From positions 744,001 through 808,000 of the forward strand of contig RDEW01000014.1 of the NCBI GenBank assembly GCA_011109175.1: a DNA stretch of 64,000 nt, written 5' to 3'. Of this stretch, positions 12,934 to 26,174 are shown piece after piece. The notes under the pieces were generated by a model. It worked only from the letters and a program-made list of their open reading frames with translations. It ran no database searches and had not been told where the DNA came from. This DNA is from Dicyema japonicum (lineage: Eukaryota; Animalia; Dicyemida). The position numbers and the translations under genes are program-made. Numbering within the stretch: the stretch's first letter is position 1; every line of letters begins with the position of its first letter.

Positions 12934-14038
12934 TTAATCAGGTCTATCAAGAAAAATTTTTCCGAGATTCCCCTTGTTCAGATAGCCAAGCACTTTAATA
13001 GCCGCTAAATAGTGGTTCGGTTTCTCTTCTCCTAAAAATGCTTATAGAACAGTCACCATTCATATCTCTTCTGAATAAGTCCCTCAAACAAAGCCACGTG
13101 TTCAAGGAACTGGTGAACATCATCAACAGGCAAGTCGAGTCCAAAGTAATCAACATATCTAAAATTTCTTGTCTTGTTAAAAACAAAAAGCAAATAATCG
13201 GCAATTGTAATCTCACTGATCGACGCCTGCTTTATGTTATCTCGAATAAATTTAATGGTAACTGCAAATGGCGAGTTTAAGGCCATTTATAGCGTTTCCA
13301 ATGACTGGGGCTATGAGACCCGGGGTATCGTAAATATATATTGGGGGATTTTCAGATATTTTGATTTTATTCGACACAGCTAAAGTGACCCCAGGAAGAC
13401 TTCCAACCGATACTGCCTTCTCTACAGATAACTAGAAAGGAATACTTTTATTGATATTAGCGGCTCTAAAGGAGTTTATTAAAGTAGACTTCCCGGTATT
13501 CGGAATCCCCAGTACCATAACGTTGATTTCTTCCCGCTAAAGTAAACTTTTTAATTACCTCGGAACGAAGAAATCTGTCACTCTTCTCCACACAATCCAC
13601 AATGAGGGCAAGCAGCTGAAACCTTAATTACTGCTTTAAACCTGGTTGCAAAGCTTGGGATCATGAGAATTCTTGAAATTTGTGAAAAATAATCTTTTGA
13701 CTCCCTCACTTTGCAGTTTCTCTTCAGTGTACTTCAGAAATGATCGATCAGCCAAATCAACTTTATTTAGAATCAAAATGCTCGGTCGGACGCTCATAAA
13801 ACTGGCAAAAGTTGAATTTCTTCCTGTGAAAGGAATCTATGAATATTCTTAATATCAGTACACGTGCATCGTGAACTTCAATAAGACAGTCTGCTTGCCT
13901 GATTTTTGCGTTGATCTGTCTTAATCCTGTTTAATGTGTGTCGTCAATGTTAATACCTTTGTGCATGTGACCAGGAAACCATTTTGAATATTCGAAGTTT
14001 TTAACAGTAAACTTTTTGCGAAATCTCACAATGACCAT
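12934..14038 (-). CDS. MTG1: Mitochondrial ribosome-associated GTPase 1 (RbgA/YlqF family), 7 micro-introns
   Basis: Introns: 13927-13956, 13837-13861, 13616-13641, 13537-13558, 13422-13445, 13241-13262, 13032-13056. Spliced motifs: WFPGHMHKG, IEVHDARIP, LNKVDL, GIPNTGKST, PGVT, DTPG, LKLAIC, ADYLL. One frameshift near 13065. Confidence 0.93.
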
Positions 14039-14679
14039 CTTTTAATTTAAAATTAAATTAAATTAAAATTAATTCCAAAATTTAAATATCAATTTTGGCT
14101 TTATTTTAAAATTTATTCAATATTAAACAATTTAATTATAATTTTCAGTTTCTGTGAGAAACCTTGCAATCCCCTGGCCAATCCTTGGCCCAGATCATTT
14201 AATCTTGAAAAATAAAACCTTCGTCGACTTTAAATATAAATGAAGTAACCTTAGATTTTGAGTTTAGCTCTGAGATGAGCTCTGTTTGCTTAGCTTTTAA
14301 TTTAATTTTGTTCTTTTCAAAAGTGCTTATTTTTAAATTTTACGTGGAACCTTTTAAGTCAGTTTCCGCAGACGCGAAAACAAATTCTGGTGGCTTTCCT
14401 ACTGAAGCAATTGATGAAAGTATACTACCCGAAGTAGGATCACAGGCTCCAAAATTCATGAGCCTCGTGGGATTGGTCAGGACCTGGAAAAACGGTCTGT
14501 GGCTAACTACCTTTTCCCTCTCAAGAATGTAATCTTTAGTGTTGACCACTCCGACAAATGCAACTGGAGGACTGAAGTCGTTAAATGTTCAAAAGGCCAG
14601 GTTTAGAAAGATTCTTCGAGGAGGATGGCAATTAATCGCTAATCCTTAAATTCCCGCTTCTCCACTAATAAAGACGTAT

Positions 14680-15250
14680 CCAATGTCAAGAAACCACTTG
14701 ATTCAGAGTAGGGACGAATGTACAAGGTGGGAAACCTCAAAGCTCCGTGGACGATTTTTTATTTATGGAAAATGTGTTGAAGCTTTGAATGTCCAAATCA
14801 AGGAGGTACGCTCTATGCCACGGGATGCAATGATTTCTACTCGAAAGGTCCTGTTCAAATTGGTAAACCAGATGTCCTTAATGGACTGAATGGTGCGATA
14901 ACCAATTATATTGCCTTGCAGGCGAAGGAGAAAGCTTTAATAAACCATAAACTGTGATTATGGAAACAGTCTATTCGTTATTTGGATTGATACAAAAAAA
15001 GGTTAAGATTCCGTATACCATGTCTTTCTCTCATTTGTTCTGGTTTTCCAGAGTGGATTAGAAGGTTTGGTAAGAGCCTAATAAGCCATTAAACAGTTAT
15101 TCTAACTTTCAACAGGGAAGGATTGGAATGATCAAATTGAACAGTGGAATAATGCAAGGAGATTCGTTGTCTCCACAACTCTGTGTTAGTCATAGATCCT
15201 TTAAGCAGAAGAGACCGTTAACTAAGGGTTGTGAAGAGATTAATTCCAGG
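14680..15250 (+). mobile_element. Degraded non-LTR RT fragment
   Basis: IKLNSGIMQGDSLSPQL at about 15130-15180. Flanking frames are broken. Confidence 0.45.
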
Positions 15251-15499
15251 GAGATTCCAAAATTCCAATTCCGCTAGTTAACTTTCCAGACCAATTCCTT
15301 TTTTTCGTTAACTTCCATGTATTAAGGTGAAATTACAGCAACTTCCTTCTTGTTGACATTCCAGACTTGACACGCCTTTTGGAGCGTGTGAGCCACGCTA
15401 CCAGCTCAGTTTAAGTATATTGATGTTGAAATTCGGCGTATTTTATCGAAGTATAAAATAATCGTGCTAACTTGAGAGAGATCTTATTTCAATTTCTCA

Positions 15500-16150
15500 C
15501 AAAAGTGAGTGTGTTGTATCAATTCCTGGCTGATTTGGAAAGTCCAACACTTGTTTAGGAAAAATGGAATCCTGAGAGTCCTTAAAGCTAAGAAAACACC
15601 TATGACCACAATCGCAGGATTCCTTGCTTTCAAGTACAAGATAGACAAAGTAAGTTTTATCACTATCAGGGAGTATCAATAGAAATCCCTGATGGCTAGT
15701 ATCAGGGGAAGGTTGCTCCACTATATTTTATATTTGTTGTGAGGATTAAAATATTGATGTTGCTGAATCCGCTGAGTGGTTGGTCAATGGAAACAATAGT
15801 CCGAGGTCAAAGGCTTTGTATTGTCCTCTTCAAGACAGGAACCAGTTTTTGCAGATAAAGAATATTATTTCCAGCTTTTTTGATTTACAACAACATTTTT
15901 AGTAGATTGCTTAACTAGAAATCTAATCGCAAAGCCTGTTCCGGTTATTTTTCTCGAGTATTTCTCTGGAAATTTGACCAGTTTTGTTAAATGGGTTGTT
16001 GCCGGGTATCCTACGCGGAATCTAAAAGATGGAAGTGCTACGAAATGACAGATCTTCAACATGACCAATTTTTCCAACACCCGTGACAACGGACAGATAA
16101 TCGATACCGGCTGGTAGAGGACACAAAATGCCCAGCTTATCTACTTCTTC
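15500..16150 (-). mobile_element. Degraded LINE RT fragment
   Basis: YRxI..LSRVLEKLV motif with a downstream GFR-like and QG-like remnant. Confidence 0.6.
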
Positions 16151-16262
16151 TTTAGAGAAAGTGTTATAGCAACCAAAAAACCTTAAAATCCTTTAATAAA
16201 CAATAATCTTTTTAATCAATTAGTACGATTATTATATTAGTAGTCCTTTAAGCCCCTCCAGT

Positions 16263-17675
16263 TCATGATATTGCACTGAAAATGACATTATGTCGACAAA
16301 TAGAAGGTCCCTGTTCCATGTAATCTTTCTTAGTGTGGACAACATTCATAAATTCGGGCTAATTTATATCTAAAAACTTACCATGGAGGCCATCATGCTA
16401 CTCCCAAAGTAAACGGCGTACAATTGTCTGGAATGTGAGGTTACTTTTGCTTCCATTGGGTTTGTCTACAGTGATAAACTCACTTTTACTCCATTTGTGT
16501 TTAGCTGGACGAGATTGTTCACATCTTTTTCGACTCTTTTTCCAAGATTTGGAAATACTGTGGAACCTCCACTCATCACAATATTCTGAAATGAGTCTTT
16601 GGGAGAATACCTTGAGAAGTTCTCTACGACAGTCTAGCGAGCAATTCATGACGGAATCGTAAATGAGATCAGAAACTGATCGGGTGAATTCAGGATTGTA
16701 CAATTCTGGCTTAAAAAACAACTCAGGTCCCATGAAACGTTCATACGACATATCAAAAGACACCTCTTTCTTCTTTTTTTGGTCAAAGAAGCTGTATTTC
16801 TTAATGATTTTATTCGGATCTGATTCTAATTTGGCAAACTCTGATCTGATGTCTTTGCACACATAGGAGTTTTGTTCCTACGGTAATGAGCATTACTGAC
16901 CTTTATATTCACTGCAATATCGAACATTTTGTCCTTGGAAAGATCTGGCTCTCGTTCTCTGACTAATTGTTGAATAAAGCTGTTGATTTCAGTGCCTGCG
17001 ATAGGCATGTATCTCATGCTGCTCCCAATCACGTAGCATTGAACCTTAGAATAGAAATAGTTTGATCTCACCACAGGAATTATGTGAGTCAATCCATGTC
17101 CTGAATCGATGACAATTCCTGTAGTCGGTCTGTTTGATTGAGGATTTTGCCACCCAGGAAGCCATTAAGGCCATCACTGCTTGTATTCCGATGTATATTC
17201 CGTTAGCCGAGAAAGTCTCAAACATCAGTTCCGCCAAAAATTCTCGATTTTCTGGTGTATTTAAAGGAGGTTCAGTCTTGGAGATTGATTTCAGAAAAAA
17301 TACCAGAAAAAAATTATGCTCAGTAGGATCTACACAGAGATGCCTGTAAATTATGCTGCTCATTAATTTTTCATAAATCGTATAGTCATTTATGATCCCT
17401 CCCTTCATCGGACACTATTAAAGACGTCAAATTTTGGATTACAATTGGATCGAGGCAGTTTTGTTCAACCAACTCATCTCCTATCCAATAGTCCAGATCT
17501 CTAAGCACTTTTTCGGCTTTAGTTCCTTTTTTGTAATAGGAAGGACCTAGTCCAACAGATGACGGTATGATGAACTCTGGAGTCTCTGAACCAGCGAAAC
17601 CAAATTTAGTACGACTAGTAGTTAATATAGAGAATACCCGGTTCCAACATCAATTACACAAGTTCTTCCACTCAT
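16263..17675 (-). CDS. ACTR3: Actin-related protein 3, 8 micro-introns
   Basis: Introns: 17615-17637, 17415-17442, 17277-17303, 17045-17071, 16878-16900, 16586-16610, 16466-16483 (or to 16489), 16359-16381. Spliced motifs: [66 protein letters not shown]. One extra base in TTTT 17145-17148. Confidence 0.96.
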
Positions 17676-18484
17676 TTTAATAAGATTATTGTAATCCTAA
17701 ACAATTTATTTATAAAAATGGAGTAAATTAATAAATAATAAAACTCGATTTAATTTGATTATAAAAATATTTTAATGATAAATACTGGTAAAATCTATTT
17801 TCAAAGTAGCTTGGTGCTTGCCCCTTATTGACTACTAAGCTATTTGGTATTTACCTGGTAATGGAGAGAGGTTGAGTCTGGTAGCTACAAAAGTAGCCAG
17901 TTTTTCCTACAAGCAGGTGACTTGGTTGAACCCATGGGTTGTTGGATACATCTGACTGATCTCTGATAGTGTTCCCTTTTGGTTGATACTTTCCTGTTAG
18001 GTACCGATATCATAGGGATAAATAAATCATTAAAAGAGTCAAAAGTAACAATTACAAAAAATATTGGAAAATCAACATAAGTATTTATTAAAAAAATAGC
18101 CGAGTAGTTAATTGATGAAATGGTCGAAGTGACGATAAAAAATTTTTTTTCCTTTTCTTGTGGGAGTCGAACCTGGAGCATACTGTATCAGACGCTTTCT
18201 CGTTTCGAAATTTTGTCTATCAATGTGTTTTGAGTCAATCATCTTGTCAATACACGTGAGAAAAGTAACGAAATGTCACATCCATCTAGAAGAGATTGAG
18301 ATATTCGTGTAATAGAGGTACATCACCACCTCAACCATCCAGCCAGTTGGCTATCTAATCCCTGATTGGGCACAAATTAATAATAATAATTCACCCTTTC
18401 TGTCACGACTAGTAATATTTCCATTACTCAGCTTAGGCAGAACTCACACTTCATTAAAAATTAAAGGACTCATTTCTACACAAA

Positions 18485-18580
18485 CAGGTGATCCCCGTGA
18501 GCGCTGTTAGTTCTTTAAGCAAATCTCGCTCTCCATCCTGAGAGGAAATAGCCACGCAGTCAGGGCGGCCGCTGTATGAC
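18485..18580 (+). mobile_element. CRE-like 3' fragment
   Basis: GDPRERC..FKQISLSILRGNSHAVRAA*, close to the copy at 25300-25610. Confidence 0.7.
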
Positions 18581-18711
18581 CTTTATGTTTACTTTATATT
18601 AATTAAATTAAAATTTAAAATTAAATTTATTTTCACTTTGTATTAATAAAAATAATTGATTAAAGAACTTGTTTTTTAAAACCTCAAAACATTTACAGAA
18701 AGATTCGTGCC

Positions 18712-18850
18712 GTCCTGACAGATCCAGTCACTCAACCGATACGTGCTTGTGTGGGGTCGTGGAGGAGCATCGGGCCAAGATGAGGTCCCAGCTAGAGCGT
18801 GCTGGGATCATGTGATTAGTTAGTTTGTGTAACCGTGGTCTCTGGTGTTA
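18712..18850 (+). repeat. Short 3' copy of the LINE end at about 7079-7210
   Basis: High nucleotide identity visible by eye, e.g. GGAGCATCGGGCCAAGATGAGGTCCC..CTAGAGCGTGCTGGGATCA..TGATTAGTTAGTTTGTGT.ACCGTGGTCTCTGGTGTT. Confidence 0.85.
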
Positions 18851-18899
18851 TCATTATTCAGTTTTCGTTTAAGTGACATTAATGAGAATATTGTTTTGA

Positions 18900-20950
18900 A
18901 AAATAGTAAATTATAAGATTCTTTCAAAGCATCGGGTGGTTGGATTTTTCTAAGAAACAGGATTTATTTTTCTTAATTTTTAGTGAAGAATCCATTTCAT
19001 TAACAAATCCTCGTTGCCAGTTTTTCTTCTCAATATGATCACTATTTGGAAACTTAGACTTTTTGATATCTTCACTGTAATGAAACTGTTTTGTACTTTA
19101 AATATGTACCAGCAATGTCATTTGTCATGGAATTAAGAATAAAAGAGAGAATTACCTTGCTATATTTGTTGGGAGACAATGGAATATTTATTAATCAGAA
19201 ATACATGTCCCTGTGATTCATTAAGGATTTTAATTCCGAAAATAATGGAGTGTTGTATGCCTCTTATAAGCATTCATGGATTACTGCCAATCTTCAATTT
19301 GTGGTTTCATAAAGTTAGATTTAATAAAGAAGGATATCGGTTTTTGTTGGAAAACGCTAGTTATCGTAAATGTTAGCTGTTTTATCTCCCGAGGAGCCCC
19401 ATGGGGATATTTCAACTTATTGATGAGGGGATAATAATTCATTTAAATCAATTTATTCCAATGAAATGTCACTGACTTTAAAATAAAAAAAAACTTGAAA
19501 AACTTATCTATACTACTTAAAGTGCCCCGATAAGACGCTCCCAGAGATCTATGACTTCTTCATTGACAAATAGATCCTGAACTACTTTTCCAGCTAGAGG
19601 TGCAAGTTCTACTCTGATGGCCCTCGAGAGCAGCAGTTTTAAAGCGAGACTATTATTGGAAACGTTCTCTGGAAGTGAGGGAGGGTTTTCCGGATGTGTT
19701 TGGGGTTAGCGGAATCGAGTAATAAGAAAGTTGGATGGTTAAGGTCAAGTGATTGGGAGATATTGTAAACTTTGATTACCCAACGGTAGGATCTTCGGCT
19801 CCCAATGTAAGCGTTCCAGGTGATTTTTTAAATGGATCGTTATAGCTCTTAGTGATAATTTTGAACATGCTATAGCTTTTGTAGAAGGGAGAGTGATATA
19901 CATGGGCTTCAGATTGGGGAGGCATAATTGAACGTTGTCTTGATGAATTGTTAGCACAGGAGCATTAAAAATTCTATTTGTTGGTCGTTTGGGTTACCAG
20001 CTACTGCTCAAGAACATTTGATTTTCGTTTTGCTTATATTACGTTCTTGTTAAAACAAAGAGACGGGTCAAAGATGCTTCTGAGAATTTTCGTATGTTTG
20101 TTCATTGGAAGAAATTCGTTATTTACGGATGAAGTTGAATTCCCTTCGATTTGAGATAAATAGGGTTATTGAAGATTTCGATCATGCGATAAGAATTACG
20201 TTGTGATTCACTTTGGGGTGTCAATTGGATGTGTTGGTGCCTTACACAGTCAGACAAAAGAACTAGCAACTTTCTTTATCGAATCTCCCCAAAGAAATCC
20301 AGATGACTGCCGTCGAGCGGGCATAATAATTTTATTGAAATGAAGGTTGCAAAAAGAACAAATGAAATTTTTCACATCATCCAGTTTATATTCGTATGTC
20401 GGTAAAGAGGGATGGTGTCCACAGCGTATGCAAGTCAGGCTAACCCGGATGCCCCTTCAGAAAGAAAGATTCTGATCGGCCTATTGGAGGAGAGAGATCA
20501 CAAGAAAAGAGTAAACTTGTAAATAATAGTGAGCACGCCGTCCCGTGTTTGAATTAGGTCGATCACGGCGGACAATTTAGTTGCCTTTTAACTCGAGAAG
20601 GGTGGATTTTTGAAGAGATTTGTTTCTTGTAAGAGGGAGATGTCAATTTGTGGGTTACATAAATGGCAATAAGTTCAGTGGATATGTATGTAAAGCCGTT
20701 TATGTTGAATGATATTCAGGAATACAGGCCGTGCTTCTATTCTAGGTCCACAGTGTGGATTAGGAAAGCCAATCTGATCTTTGAGAGCGAAACCTTTGCG
20801 CCAGCAGAATAGCAGCCATCGTCCAGTCTAACTTCCCTGATGTTGAAGGACCAGTTGATAGAGGAATATTTGTGATTTTTGAGTTGCTAGAGTAAAACTA
20901 CCATCCAGTTGTTGCCACGTGAATGTAAACCGCATTGACAGTTTTATTGA
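18900..20950 (-). mobile_element. Degenerate APE-RT LINE
   Basis: APE start NIIQHNINGF..IDISLLQETNL and RRDRP..GVLTII. RT remnants downstream. Confidence 0.7.
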
Positions 20951-20999
20951 TTTTAAATTACAAACAGTGCATTGAGGAAAGCGATCATTTTTTGTTTGT

Positions 21000-21140
21000 T
21001 GCGCTCGGGTTGAAACATCTGGTTCCCTTGCGCCAGTAACACTGGAATTCCTGAATCGATTCTACACAAACAAGAGTTCACTTGAGCGAATCTCGCTCGC
21101 CATCATGAAAGGGAATATACATACACTCAGGGAGACCGCT
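21000..21140 (+). mobile_element. CRE-like 3' fragment
   Basis: [15 protein letters not shown]...ERISLAIMKGN. Confidence 0.65.
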
Positions 21141-22034
21141 GTATTATTTATTTTATTTTGTTTTTGAAATTGAAATTTATTTCCAAAGTTTTAATAATAA
21201 AAATTAAAATTATGAAAACAAAGAAAAGTCTGCTTTGAGGAAAAGCACGACAACTATTAGTTATATTGCTAATTCTAGAACATTCTATTAATATTTATTT
21301 ACAATTTTAAGGTCAATTGGGAGACCACTTATTTTAATTAGCTTTACGCAAATACCTAGAGTGCATATTAAAAATTAACGTCATTAGTTAATTACCCGAG
21401 AGATAATGGTCGTTAACATTCTTTCTTCATAATTTCATCGTAGATCTGACCAACTAGTTTTCTCCATGTCTCCTCGTTTTTGGAGAAAAATCTAGATTTT
21501 TTAGAGTCATCAGTTAAAGGTAATTCTAGAGAGTGATGATCTCCATGGAAAAACAAACAATGGAGATTTTAGGAATTTTGGAAATGAGATCACTTAGTAG
21601 GTTTGGCTCAAGTGATTAATCAGCCGGAAGTTTGAGGTGGGGAATCTCCATTGTAATAAAAGTCCACTTCGTTTTATGATAAATAAAAGATTTCGTCTTC
21701 TTTCTTTTCGTGAGCATGAAAGAACTGACAGACTCGGAGACATTGGAAATCGTATGTTATGAACAAAAGGATTGTCTGATGTGCTAAGTAACCGCATTCA
21801 AATATGACTCATCCCTTGAAGGATCACCTGTCTAAAGCTACACGGATAGGATAGTTAATATGATTTGGTTGCTAATAATAAAGGACTAAGTTTTTCTAAC
21901 AATTTTATAATCTTACAGATGTTGATATCACTATAGTTAGCACGTATTATTTCGGATAATTTGATTGATTAAACAATTATGATTTTAATGATTACTCCGA
22001 AAATTTCAAAAATTAAGATTATGGGTGTTTATCG

Positions 22035-23645
22035 ATGGTGAAATATTCATTCGTTCAAATTGCTAATAAAATCAGACTTATCATATCCGTAATTTACCGC
22101 CTTAAGAAGAATAAAAGTTTTTTGATTGATTTTTTAGCTCTTACCACGAATGCTCACTATAAAATTGGTGGAAATATCGCTAGAAAATTCATCAGAACAT
22201 TTCACGGAGAACGTCTCGAATTTGATTCTACGGATTTTAAAAGAACAATAAGAGTTGATAATTTCATTTTACACTAAGCGAGATTTTCATCCTCATATTC
22301 TAAAAATTTTTGAAAAAGAAAGCCATTTGAGGACAAAGAAAGATATATGCGACGCTGCAATGGAGATTTTGGAGGTTGTCCCCATCGTATGCTCAATTCA
22401 AACGAGAAGTTCAGTGGGAATTTGCGAAAAACTGTTATTTTCTGCAGTACACACTTCACTCATTTTTAGAGTAGAACAACACAAAATTATTATCAAACAA
22501 GGACATCGCGCAGAATTCTTTTATCTTTTGGTGAGCGGATCCGGTTATTTTTATTTTTTTTAATTTCAGTAATCGTAGTAGAACAGGGGTCAAATATATT
22601 AAAACGAACGATTCTCCCGGGGGAAACATTCGGAGTAAATCAAAATTCACCAATTTTAGGAACTTGGCCTTATTCTTAACAGGGGGAGAATGAAAACTGT
22701 TTTAAACGGATCCGGGACGTCTACTCTCTTAATGATTGACAAAGAAGCTTTTATGAAAATTTTTTCAAATGAATCAAAGGATTTAAATCAAAAAATTAAT
22801 TTTTTACAAGATCACAGGCTTTTTCAGAACTGGCCGAAGGAAAAATTATATGAAAACGAGTCCAAGATAGGATACTGTTATTATAGGTTAATGGTGGTAC
22901 TAATATAAGGGAAGGTCACGTAGTGAGCTTTGATGTCTTCCAATCGGATTGGATTTATTTTATAATTGATGGGAAATGTGAGTTATATCAGCTTTGGAGG
23001 TATTCAGATTCTCAGAGTATTCTTTTTCTCATTCTGTATTAATGTTGTCAAATATGAATGAAACAAAGCATGTGCCTAATGCAATGTGGTTTCCTGAACT
23101 TGAGAATATAGACGACGTTACAAATTTCTTGGTGTCTGCTGGAGCAATTAGAAAATACAGCAAAGAGGAGTATAACAGTAAGAAAAACTCTAAAATTAGA
23201 TGCCTTAAATCAATTGACCAGAAATACTAGAAAAAGTAAAAATATAAGTGAACGGGTGTTTTCTCCTAACCAAACTTACATCAGTGACGATAAATTTGAT
23301 GCAGTCTTACATTTGAAAAGCCTGAATCCAATGGATACTATTGTAACTGTCTTTCCTGAATTGATAGGGAGTTGAATCTATAGTTGAGACAAACCTTCCT
23401 AAAAGTACAGTTTTATATTCTCTTGGGGCAAATGTTTTGTTTTTGAATAAAGAGTTCTACAGGCAAAATTTGTATAATATAGGGAAACTGCGTCTTCGGT
23501 CTATGGTTGCTCATAAAGACTGAATTTTTAGATCTACACTTTTCAAAAAGAAAAGGATATAGAAAACTTAGTAAAAGAAACTAAAAAATGGGATAATTAC
23601 AAGCGGATAATTAAAAAGAAAAATTTATTTCACAAAAATAATTAA
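22035..23645 (+). CDS. Cyclic nucleotide-binding domain protein (CNBD2-like), multiple micro-introns
   Basis: Introns 22117-22137, 22254-22278, 22447-22469, 22544-22569, 22635-22659, 22887-22909, plus 25- and 26-nt introns near 23345 and 23505. Spliced: IIKQGHRAEFFYLLVSG, GETFGELGLI, FQNWP, SDWIYFIIDGKC. Extra C near 22380. Splicing of 22990-23300 is unresolved. Confidence 0.8.
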
Positions 23646-23744
23646 TTTTCATAAGAAATGATGATATTAAATATTTAATAATTTTTTGTTATTTTTTTAA
23701 TTTATACATTTTATACAAAATAATTTTTTTTAACAATTAAACAA

Positions 23745-24900
23745 ATGTCAGTTGAGGAAGCCGGCTGCGTGGATTGCGAACGAGTTCCCTCGGAGTATGG
23801 CTATTCCAATCTTTTGTTTTAGCCATAACCATTCCCGTTGATCCCTTTTCTTTCTGGCAAGCATTTCTCCGAGTTCTTGCAAGAACTCAGCCGTCATTGG
23901 ACCAACGGCTCCCGATGATACGGTCACAACAGGAATAAATCGGTAGCGATCCCCGAGGCAAGAATATTTATTGATTTTTAGGTTCTCTGCAGTCGAAGCA
24001 GCTGCTCCGATTTGAAAATATTCGTGCTTGAGAACGTGTCTACACAAGTTGCGTCCCAGACCAAAGATCTTCCAGACGTGAAGGGGAAGAGGGTCATCCC
24101 GTCAGGTCTCTTTCCATCTCCTCGATCAAGACCCATTGGTTCAAGCTGTGCTGGGAAGCCTGTAGCCTTCAGAGCTCTGACGATCACATCGTTCAGAGCA
24201 GCATGACGTGGTCCCCTTACGGCGCTTTTTCTGCAGGACAGCGGGTGCAATCCCTTCGCATCGACTGTTTTCCCGCATCGGCATCGGTGCTCACGGAGAT
24301 CTCCTGTTAGTGCAAAAATCCGATTTCCTAGACGACTCAAGAATTCCAGCGTTGCAGGCGCAAGGGAACCAGACGTCTCAACAGCGAGTGGAACAAATAT
24401 AAAATTCTCTGTAGGACCACGTACTTTGCCCGTTTCAACCTCTCGGCCTTTTCATCGGCAGAACAGGCTCCAGAGGCACTTCGGAGTAGGTTGCAAGGGG
24501 CAAACATGTCGGTGCAGGAGACGTCCCACACAAGAGGTTTCCTGACTTCAAAAGGGAAGATGGTCATCCCATTTTGTCGTTTCTTGTCACGCATGCAAAG
24601 ACCGACTGATTCGAGCACGACAGATATCCGGCGGCGTCCAAAGTTTCGTCTAACGACTTCGTTCAAGGCCATGTGTTGGAGAAATCTGCTTGCACTTTTC
24701 TTGCAGGAGAGAGGGTGTAGGCCAAACAGTCGATCTGGTCTCCTCATCTGCACGGATGTGGCAAACTGACTTTTAATTCCAGTCGCAATGAGATCCCAAT
24801 ACAGACGATTCATCATCCAGAAAGGTTCCCAAAACTCCATTTGGAATGGCGTTGAGCCAGGCACCGCTCTTGGAGGACGCCCCCGACAACAAACATGCAC
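23745..24900 (-). mobile_element. Two adjacent CRE-like fragments (CCHC and REL endonuclease)
   Basis: [53 protein letters not shown] second diverged copy at about 24400-24900 has the same motifs. Confidence 0.85.
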
Positions 24901-25299
24901 GGCGATGTTGGTTAGATGACATTAACAGATCTTCAAAAGAATTCCGGTATACAGCATCGTCCAGACCCCTCTAAGAGAACATGGAAGGTAAGGAAAACTG
25001 ATGGGTACGGCTCCAGGCCTCACGAGCATGACCGGCGTCGGATGTTGTTTTTTATTTTAGTGAAAAGACCCCTTCCATTCCAATCAGGTCGCGAGAGCCT
25101 TACTGAGATAGTTAAGAAAGAACTATGGCCATGGTGCAACAAAATATTGTTGGAAGTATTTGATCAATTTATTAATTGCTCTCATGCACAATACAACTAA
25201 ATGACCAGCAAACGTGATAACTGATCGATTTTGTCAATTATGTCTTTTTTTCTTTTTTAAGAAATGTTAACAATTTATTACGGAAAAAGTGAGCAAATG

Positions 25300-25610
25300 A
25301 TCATATAGAGGCCGCCCTGACTGCGTGGCTATTCCTTCTGATGATGGCGATTCGCTCAAATAACCAGCAGCGTTCATATGGATCTTCTGATCGTGTAGAA
25401 ATCCACATCTCTAGACGACTCAAAAATTCCAGCGTTGCAGGCGCAAGAGAACCAGGCGTCTCAGCGGCGAGTGGAACAAACAAAAAATCATTGTGTAGGA
25501 CCGTGTACTTTGCCCGTTTCAACCTCTTTGCCTTCTTAGCGGCAGAACAAACTCCAGAGGCACTCTGGGGCAAACGTGTCGGTGCAGGTGACCTCCCAGG
25601 CAAGAGGTAA
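25300..25610 (-). mobile_element. CRE-like 3' fragment
   Basis: [42 protein letters not shown]. Confidence 0.85.
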
Positions 25611-26039
25611 TGTCTTATTTTTGTTACTCATGGAAAGTGTTACTTTTTTAAAACAAAATACACTAAGTAAAAAACAGTTATGATGACTAATCGTAGGGGG
25701 AGAACCAAAGAATGCTCTTCAATTCTTTTTGTTGGTATGAGTCCTTTATAGACGATACTGTCTGAAGTAAATGTTCACTGATGACGGCGCCACTCGTCAA
25801 GTCAAAGCATCTTAGATGTGTGGGACCTTCAGCCGGAATTTATAACAGCGAGATTGGAACCAGGGCCTATAAGGCCTTTTACCCGGCACTCGTTACACTC
25901 CATCACCAAATTATAAAATTATTATAATTTTAAATTTTTAGTCAATCTTCAATCAATTATTCAACATTTGGCTTAATGCATGCAAAAAAATCTAGTATTA
26001 ATATTTTGTATTTAATAAAGTTAAGTTGTTATGGCAGGT

Positions 26040-26115
26040 CTCCATTATGACCTGCAGGCATTGACCAAGCAATGAGAGTTTCCTCACATAATCGCGAGCC
26101 CAATCTTTGGCCTAA
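26040..26115 (-). mobile_element. Very short CRE-like 3' fragment
   Basis: LAIM*GNSHCLVNACRS*, similar to the terminus at 50545-50610 (IAIMRGNSYYVFNACMP*). Confidence 0.55.
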
Positions 26116-26174
26116 TGATTTTTTGAAACAGTTCATTGAATTTGAAAAAAACTAATTATTGACTAAATCGTTAA

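Noticed and set aside
18155-18185. tRNA gene (GGTTCGACTCC on the minus strand)
   Set aside because: B-box-like text only; no A box or cloverleaf.
25840-25910. tRNA-like sequence on the minus strand
   Set aside because: Acceptor and T stems do not pair convincingly.
26030-26125. Hairpin-rich segment with an Sm-like GATTTTTTGA, also similar to 50545-50610; considered as SL RNA or U4 snRNA
   Set aside because: Both read on the minus strand as the CRE C-terminus (xAIMRGNS..NAC..*), so the shared similarity is retroelement-derived.
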